Shown one piece after another: positions 57,814 to 64,000 of a stretch of DNA of 64,000 nucleotides. Position 1 is the first letter of the stretch; each line of letters opens with the position of its first letter. The stretch is from assembly GCA_937919205.1 (NCBI GenBank), contig CALFOZ010000103.1, positions 4,127 through 68,126 of the forward strand. Direction: 5' to 3'. A model generated the notes under the pieces. It saw only the letters and a program-made list of their open reading frames with translations, was not told the origin of the DNA and did no database searches. A program made the position numbers and the translations under genes. The DNA is from an uncultured Planctomycetia bacterium. Lineage in GTDB: Bacteria > Planctomycetota > Phycisphaerae > Phycisphaerales > SM1A02.

Positions 57814-60800
57814 TCATGGTTGAGATTGTTCCAGTGGCGTTGCGCTTCCTTTGGCGCCGTGGCAATGTTTGTATTTTTTACCGCTTCCACATGGGCATAT
57901 TTCATTGCGTCCAACAACCGCGGCCGCGTTTTGGTTGGGGCTGGCCGCTCGCTTGGAAGCAACTTGCGTTACAACAACTGGCGCTTGATTTGCGGCTTGA
58001 TCGCCTGCAGGCGCTTCTTGCAATGCCGGAGTTTGCGCCGCAGGGGCTTGTTGTTGCTGTACTTGTGGAACAAGTTCACCTTTAAGCAACACTTCACTGA
58101 GGCGATTTTGCACACTTTCCATCATCTCAATGTAGAGCCGCGAAGATTCCTTTTTAAACTCAATGCGCGGATCTTTTTGACTGAAGGCGCGGAAGCCAAT
58201 GGCGTCACGGATTTGATCCATGCTCCGCAAATGATCCTTCCACGCGTTGTCGATGGTCTGCAAAATGATCCAGCGCTCAAATTGGGAAAGTTCGCTTCGC
58301 AATGTTTCGCGAATCCTCGCGGCCACGGTGGCGCGGGGATCAAGTGCAAATGATGCTCGGTCATGGCGGGTGAGTTGGGTTTGATATTCCTGTCCTAGCC
58401 ACATATTGGCCGCATCCATTTCGCCACTCACCTGAATGCATTGAGCCGCCCGCGCTTGAATCCACGTGTCGTCAACTTTGCGCGACTGCGCCAACAGCAA
58501 CTCGCGCAACTCGGCTGGGTTTGAACTTGGCAACTCCTGTGGGTTCCAGCCCATTTGAAATCGCGAATTGGCCCATGAACAAAACGACGTGATGGCCGAT
58601 TGCGCGTCGGTCTGCAAGCGCGCCGTGGTGTGCTTCAATGCAAAATCAATTGGATAGCTTCGTTCACGCTCGGCGTAGGCCTCGCGCGCGCGGCGCACCA
58701 AATTTACCGCGGCAACTTGCGCATCTTCCACGCGCACAAATTCGCCGGGATCAATTTGCACAGACAAATAGCGCTCCGACCACAGGCACAATTCCTTGGC
58801 GCTGAAGTCCGGCACTAAAAGCGAATCAAGCGGAGTTAAGTCAATGGATTCGATATGGTTGTGCGAGGCGGCCTCTAGAAATTGCCGCACCCCCAGGCGA
58901 TCGCCCGACTTGATCAAGTCTGTTTCAATGGTGGTGGCGAAGGTGTCATGCGCCCACTTTTGCAGGCCTGAAATATCAAATTCTTCGGCGGGTATTTCTT
59001 GTGGCATGGTTTCCGCCACGACCAACTCAATTTTGTGTTGCGCCTCTTCCAGCGCGTCCACCACCAACATCTTGTGGATTTGATCGCGGTCCTTGCCACG
59101 AAGACGTGAAGGCTCAATGTGTATATTCATTTTTTCGCGCGCCCATTCGCTCACGCAATTTGGCACATGCAGTGATCCAAGATAAAGATCAGCCGCCTCA
59201 TGAATGGCTGGCTCCAAAAATCGCCATGAAGCCCCGCGAATATCTACGCCTTCCAAAATGGGTTGACGCAATCCGTAGAAATTCCGGCGTTGATATTCCA
59301 TTGGCTCGTCGTATTCCAAAATTTGTTTGCGCGCTTGAAAATTTCGTTCCTCCACCTTGCGTTGCGCTTTTTCAACGGCGCGATTGAGCATGGGCGCCTC
59401 AATGGAATCGCCCTCTTTCATTCCCAGGCGCGACAGAAGCCCAAGCGTGGCTTTGCCCGCGAAGATCTTCATTAAATCATCCTCAAGGCTGAGAAAGAAA
59501 CGACTGCTTCCGCGGTCGCCTTGACGGCCAGAACGACCGCGCAATTGATTGTCAATGCGTCGGCTTTCATGGCGTTCGGTGCCAATGATGTGCAAGCCGC
59601 CCATGGCCTCAACGCTGGTCCACAATTGCAAGCGGTGCAATTGAAAACTTCCAAGCTCGTCCAGTTCCTTTAAAAGTTCCGCTTCCGTTCCAGCTTGCGC
59701 GCGCTTTTCGCTAACGCCGCGAAGTTCAACTACCCAGTGACGCAGTAAGGTGAGGCGCGCGGTGGAATCATCCATGGCCGCGACGGCGGCGCGCTCAACT
59801 TTGGCGCGGCGCACGAGCAAGTGCTTATCAATCGCCGCCAGAATCTTGGCGTCAGTCCATGTCGCGTCAACTTCGCGTGGCGCCAGATCGCGTTTTTTCC
59901 AATGCTCAATCAACGCGGTGCGATCGATCTTGCCCAACTTGATGTCGGTGCCGCGGCCCGCCATGTTGGTGGCCACCATGACCGCCGCAAGTTGACCCGC
60001 GTTGCTGACAATGTCGGCCTCGCGCTCGTGTTGCTTGGCGTTAAGCACCTCATGCTTAATGCCCGGGCCCTTGCTCAACATGGAGCTCAGTTTCTCGCTC
60101 TTTTCCACGCTGGTTGTTCCCACAAGAACTGGACGGCCAATGTCATGCAAGCGTGCAATCTCATCAATGATCGCCTTCCATTTGTCTTTTTCACCAAGGA
60201 ACACCAGGTCATGACGGTCGGTTCTGCACGCGGGAACATTCGTGGGAATGCTCACAACGTCCAAGTGATAAATTTCGTGAAACTCGGTGGCCTCGGTGTC
60301 GGCGGTGCCGGTCATGCCGGCGAGACGCTTGTACAACTTGAAATAATTCTGGATCGTGACTGTGGCCATGGTCTGAGTTTCCTCTTTCACCTTCACGCCT
60401 TCTTTGGCTTCGACGGCTTGATGCAGACCGTCAGACCATTGACGGCCCACCATCTTGCGCCCAGTATTTTGATCGACAATCACCACGCCCATGTCGCCGT
60501 CGCCGTCGGGCGCAACCACATAGTCGCGGTCAAGTTGATACACCACATGCGCGCGAATGGATTGCTCAAGCAAGTGGGGCATGTCCATGTTCTCGCCCAC
60601 ATAAAAACTTCCAATGTTGGCGATGCGCTGGGCTTCGCCAATGCCGTCGTGGGTCAACACCGCCTTCTTCTTGTCCAGTTCCACTTCGAAGAATTGCTTA
60701 AATTGACCGCGCTTGGCTTCAAGTTGCGGCAATCGCGCGCGCGCCTCTTGCTGGGCTTTGCGCATTTGTGGAATGCTGGTCTTATCACGGGCGTTGCGAA

Positions 60801-61872
60801 TATCGCCTTCAAGCGAGCTCATTTCAACGCGGCAAGCCTGCACTTTTTCATCTGCGGCGGTCCATGGTTTCTGCGCCTCGGCCAATTTCATGGCGATGGT
60901 GTTGGCCAACTCGTAGCGTGGTCGTTGTCGATCAGCCAAGCCGCTGATGATCAGTGGAGTGCGCGCCTCGTCAATGAGAATGCTGTCCACCTCGTCCACG
61001 ATCGCGAAGTCGCGCGATCGTTGCACTTGATCCTCGGCGCGCGTCTTCATGTTGTCGCGCAAATAATCAAAGCCAAATTCGGCGGTGGTTCCGTACAAAA
61101 CATCGCAACGGTAGGCGGCGCCTTTCTCTTCCTGGCTTTGCATGTGCTGTGGATGGATGGCGCCCACGGTCAGGCCAAGCGCGCGGAAAAACGGAAAGGT
61201 CCAATCGCGATCGCGTTGCACCAAATAATCATTCACAGTCACCACGTGCACTTGCTTGCCCTCGCATGAATTGAGATAGCACGCCAGAGGACCCACAATG
61301 GTCTTGCCTTCACCGGTTTTCATTTCAGCGATTTGCCCCTCGCTCAACACCACGCCGCCAATAATTTGCACATCAAAGGGACGCGCGCGGAAAGGCGGCT
61401 TGCTTTGTGAATACACCTCGCGCACCGCGTCGTAGAGCGCGTTTGGAATATCAATAAAGATCCAGCTGGGAATGGGCTCCTTGCCGCCCAAAAAATCGCC
61501 ATCCGCAGTTGCGGCTGGCGTGGCATCCATGACGGCCTTGGTCTGATGAAATAATTTTTGCGCCTCGGCGGGCAAGCATGCTGGATCAAATCCAGTCGCG
61601 GGATTGAAAATATTTCGAATGCCTACCGCGCGGTCCATGGCCTCGCGCGCCGTGGCCAGCATGTCGGGCATAAGCGCGATGGCTTGCTCGCCAGCGGTGA
61701 TGCGCTTGCGAAACTCCGCGGTGCGCGCCAATAATTGCGCGTCGGTCATGGCGCGAATCGAAGGCTCTAGTTTGCCCACAGCGCTGACAACCCGCAGGTA
61801 GCGGTTGACCATGCGTTGATTGCGGGTGCCGAAGAGTTTGCGAGCAAGTGCTCCGAAAATTGGTACGCCCAT
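57814..61872 (-). CDS. secA: Preprotein translocase ATPase SecA, unusually long (1352 aa)
   Basis: MKTGEGKT (Walker A), DEVDSILIDEARTPLIIS (DEAD-like), GGLHIIGTERHESRRIDNQLRGRSGRQGD, and a C-terminal zinc motif (CPCGSGKKYKHCHG). Confidence 0.97.
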   Translation of the reverse strand: MGVPIFGALARKLFGTRNQRMVNRYLRVVSAVGKLEPSIRAMTDAQLLARTAEFRKRITAGEQAIALMPDMLATAREAMDRAVGIRNIFNPATGFDPACLPAEAQKLFHQTKAVMDATPAATADGDFLGGKEPIPSWIFIDIPNALYDAVREVYSQSKPPFRARPFDVQIIGGVVLSEGQIAEMKTGEGKTIVGPLACYLNSCEGKQVHVVTVNDYLVQRDRDWTFPFFRALGLTVGAIHPQHMQSQEEKGAAYRCDVLYGTTAEFGFDYLRDNMKTRAEDQVQRSRDFAIVDEVDSILIDEARTPLIISGLADRQRPRYELANTIAMKLAEAQKPWTAADEKVQACRVEMSSLEGDIRNARDKTSIPQMRKAQQEARARLPQLEAKRGQFKQFFEVELDKKKAVLTHDGIGEAQRIANIGSFYVGENMDMPHLLEQSIRAHVVYQLDRDYVVAPDGDGDMGVVIVDQNTGRKMVGRQWSDGLHQAVEAKEGVKVKEETQTMATVTIQNYFKLYKRLAGMTGTADTEATEFHEIYHLDVVSIPTNVPACRTDRHDLVFLGEKDKWKAIIDEIARLHDIGRPVLVGTTSVEKSEKLSSMLSKGPGIKHEVLNAKQHEREADIVSNAGQLAAVMVATNMAGRGTDIKLGKIDRTALIEHWKKRDLAPREVDATWTDAKILAAIDKHLLVRRAKVERAAVAAMDDSTARLTLLRHWVVELRGVSEKRAQAGTEAELLKELDELGSFQLHRLQLWTSVEAMGGLHIIGTERHESRRIDNQLRGRSGRQGDRGSSRFFLSLEDDLMKIFAGKATLGLLSRLGMKEGDSIEAPMLNRAVEKAQRKVEERNFQARKQILEYDEPMEYQRRNFYGLRQPILEGVDIRGASWRFLEPAIHEAADLYLGSLHVPNCVSEWAREKMNIHIEPSRLRGKDRDQIHKMLVVDALEEAQHKIELVVAETMPQEIPAEEFDISGLQKWAHDTFATTIETDLIKSGDRLGVRQFLEAASHNHIESIDLTPLDSLLVPDFSAKELCLWSERYLSVQIDPGEFVRVEDAQVAAVNLVRRAREAYAERERSYPIDFALKHTTARLQTDAQSAITSFCSWANSRFQMGWNPQELPSSNPAELRELLLAQSRKVDDTWIQARAAQCIQVSGEMDAANMWLGQEYQTQLTRHDRASFALDPRATVAARIRETLRSELSQFERWIILQTIDNAWKDHLRSMDQIRDAIGFRAFSQKDPRIEFKKESSRLYIEMMESVQNRLSEVLLKGELVPQVQQQQAPAAQTPALQEAPAGDQAANQAPVVVTQVASKRAASPNQNAAAVVGRNEICPCGSGKKYKHCHGAKGSATPLEQSQP

Positions 61873-61998
61873 TTGGGGTGACTCCTAGAAAAAGTGCGCT
61901 ACACAAAATGTGCCGCGCCAAAAGTTTGAAATAAGAATAAAAGTAGGAACAAATTCAACGCTTGCGAAACGAACAGGCTGGCTGAAAGCCAAACCAGC

Positions 61999-62301
61999 TC
62001 AACGCGTGGGCGGAGGCAGATCCAAAATTTTCCAAGCCGCCGTGGCGCAAGGAATGTCAACGACATGCGAATCACTCGAGGCGATGTGGGTTGGCTTGAT
62101 GTTGGTGTGTTGGCGCGCCGCACACGCTCTCTTGGCGTTGGCGGGAGTTTGCTCAAAGCAGGCAAATGAACACATGTTGCAATTGGTTCGAGCCACTCCC
62201 ATGCCAGAACTGGCGAACACGGTCACGGTCATGGCGCTTAGAAACATCACGGCCACAATGGCGGCGGGGCGCAAATGAACTGTCGAGCGCTTCTCAAGCA
62301 T
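61999..62301 (-). CDS. Hypothetical small exported Cys-containing protein, divergent from copA
   Basis: N-terminal hydrophobic signal or anchor (AAIVAVMFLSAMTVTVFA) and a C-x-x-C-x-x-x-C cluster (CNMCSFAC). A competing plus-strand ORF at 61910-62278 cannot be excluded. Confidence 0.3.
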   Translation of the reverse strand: MLEKRSTVHLRPAAIVAVMFLSAMTVTVFASSGMGVARTNCNMCSFACFEQTPANAKRACAARQHTNIKPTHIASSDSHVVDIPCATAAWKILDLPPPTR

Positions 62302-62420
62302 TTCGACACAGTATGCGTGTAAATCACGCTTTGGGCAAGTGAAATATCAAATTACTTCTATGATTTGCCTGTGCAAACCAACATTACGGACGCAATATTG
62401 ACTCTAGGCTTGCATTTGAT

Positions 62421-64000
62421 ATGACCCACGAAACCACCAATCAAAGCACGTCGAGCACGCATGTTCTGCGCATCGATGGCATGCATTGCGCTGGATGTAG
62501 CGCGGCCATCACCCAAGAGTTGCAATCACAACCCGGCGTGCGCAAGGCCATTGTGGATCATCTTTCCGGTATGGCCACGGTTGAAACCGAGGCGTTTGTA
62601 ACGGATCAAAAACTGGTCGATGTGGTTGTTGGTAGCGGCTATCAAGCGCAACGCATGGACGCGATTGTTGATCCAGTGCTCATGCAGGCCGAGGCCGAGC
62701 GCGCGCAATCACGCGCGGAATTGTTGTGGCGCCGCAGAAGTCAAATTGGTTTCGCGCTTTGGATTCCAATGGAGGCGTTGCACTGGATCACCATGTCGCA
62801 ACACATTCACAACAGCGCGGTTGATAGTGCGTTGCTGATTGGTAGCACATTGTCGATGGTGTTGGTGGGTAGTGGATTTTGGCGTAGCGCATGGAGCGTT
62901 CTTCGCGTGTGGCGCACCAACATGGATGTGCTGATCGCGTTGGGCGCGACCACTGCGTATGTGGCCAGCCTTGTGATTTTTATTGCGCAACGCGTGGGCG
63001 CCTTGCAAGATCAGTCGACGTGGTTCAGCGAGGCCGCGGCGTTGCTTGCGATTATTTCCTTAGGACATTGGTTTGAGGCCAAGGCCACCAAGAGCGCGGG
63101 CGCGGCGGTGCGCGAATTGCTGGAATTACAGCCGGAAAAAGCCGAGCGCATCAACTCGGACGGGGTGGGCGAGTTCATTCAATCGCAGGACATTCGCGCC
63201 GCGGATTTGATCATGGTCAGGCCAGGCGGACGCGTTCCCATTGATGGCGCGATCGAAGTTGGCGAGGCGGATTTGGACGAGTCGGTGATGACGGGCGAGC
63301 CGCTTCCAGTGCGACGAACAGTGGGCGAGCGCGTGAGCGCGGGCACCATGTGCTTCAGCGGAATGTTGCATGTGCGCGCCGCGACAACGGGGCGCGAGAC
63401 TTCGCTCAGTCGCATCGCGCGCCTGGTGCAACACGCGCAAACAAGTCGCCCGCCCATTCAGCGCATGGCGGATCGAGTGGCGGCGGTGTTTGTTCCACTG
63501 GTGCTTGTGATTGCCGCGGCCACCGCGATTGGTTGGGGCGTGGCGGGTTCGTGGCCAACTGGAATTATGGCGGCCACCGCTGTGTTGATTATTTCCTGTC
63601 CGTGCGCGCTTGGTTTGGCCGGGCCCATGGCGGTCATGGTTGGTACGGGCGAGGCTAGTTTGCGCGGCATTCTTATCAAGGACGCCGCCGCGCTTGAGCG
63701 TGCTGGCCGCATCGCCACAATTCTTTTTGACAAGACTGGAACGCTGACCAAGGGCGAGCCCGTGGTGACCAACATTGAGTTGTTGGTCGCTGTTGAGACA
63801 AGTTATGCGCAAACACAAAACGCAACTTCGCAAAACATTCATTCGCAAGCCCAAGGTTCTGCAAGCTCCGCTTCGCGGGCCGCTCTTTCCATGTCACAAG
63901 CGCTGGCACTTGCGGCCGCCGTTGAAAGCGCCAGCGAGCATCCAATTGCGCGCGCCATTCAGCGCCGGGCGGCGCAAGAACATGTTGTTGTGCCCGCGGC
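62421..64000 (+). CDS. copA: Copper-translocating P1B-type ATPase, 5' part (continues beyond the right edge)
   Basis: My own translation from ATG 62421. It has an HMA domain with GMHCAGC, a TGE loop (MTGEPLPV), a CPC transmembrane metal site (SCPCALGLA), and the phosphorylation motif DKTGTLT. It is absent from the ORF track because it is open at the edge. Confidence 0.92.
   Translation, partial: MTHETTNQSTSSTHVLRIDGMHCAGCSAAITQELQSQPGVRKAIVDHLSGMATVETEAFVTDQKLVDVVVGSGYQAQRMDAIVDPVLMQAEAERAQSRAELLWRRRSQIGFALWIPMEALHWITMSQHIHNSAVDSALLIGSTLSMVLVGSGFWRSAWSVLRVWRTNMDVLIALGATTAYVASLVIFIAQRVGALQDQSTWFSEAAALLAIISLGHWFEAKATKSAGAAVRELLELQPEKAERINSDGVGEFIQSQDIRAADLIMVRPGGRVPIDGAIEVGEADLDESVMTGEPLPVRRTVGERVSAGTMCFSGMLHVRAATTGRETSLSRIARLVQHAQTSRPPIQRMADRVAAVFVPLVLVIAAATAIGWGVAGSWPTGIMAATAVLIISCPCALGLAGPMAVMVGTGEASLRGILIKDAAALERAGRIATILFDKTGTLTKGEPVVTNIELLVAVETSYAQTQNATSQNIHSQAQGSASSASRAALSMSQALALAAAVESASEHPIARAIQRRAAQEHVVVPA

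Noticed and set aside
59821-61269. 482-aa plus-strand ORF
   Set aside because: It is antisense to secA, whose frame carries all SecA motifs. Its composition is H/G/A/L-rich with no recognisable motif.
63126-63854. 242-aa minus-strand ORF
   Set aside because: It is antisense to copA. The CPC and DKTGT motifs are in the plus frame.

Overview
This is a gene-dense 64-kb chromosomal segment from a flagellated bacterium that appears to be diderm. All assignments come from reading motifs in the supplied translations and the DNA; no database search was run. A PVC/Planctomycetota-like origin is my inference, not a demonstrated fact. It rests on an exported BamD-like TPR protein, a DUF1080 lipoprotein, an S8 protease with dockerin-type repeats, a type III glutamine synthetase, and enlarged or low-complexity-extended SecA, RecA, ClpX and FliA.

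Most of the window is housekeeping:
- the flagellar export-gate operon fliOPQR-flhBA followed by fliA
- uppP-ilvC, rnc, and rpmH-aroK
- a complete Pho cluster, anmK-phoB-phoR then pstSCAB-phoU
- uxs, recA, and a gabD-like gene
- nifS-like gene, tRNA-Leu, and rpmB...dnaG-rpoD
- tig...clpX, glnN (GS-III), an AAA+/VWA pair, corA
- gltX, tRNA-Val, tRNA-Lys, secA, and the 5' part of a copA-type ATPase

No transposase, integrase, CRISPR array or rRNA was seen.

The stand-out is a compact four-gene operon at 29314-34394. It encodes a WXG100 (ESAT-6-like) protein, a 209-aa helical orphan, a second small W-x-D protein, and a 1293-aa membrane FtsK/SpoIIIE ATPase. This is the core pair of a type VII secretion system, but none of the other known T7SS membrane components is present. 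The ATPase has an atypical coiled-coil / TM-hairpin layout followed by degenerate, active and degenerate P-loop domains.

Secondary oddities:
- an FlhB that lacks its C-terminal NPTH switch domain
- an apparent remnant in place of flhF/flhG
- a sigma-28-like promoter in front of a PilZ gene
- a 12-nt tandem repeat that builds a (GGNS)6 tract in ClpX
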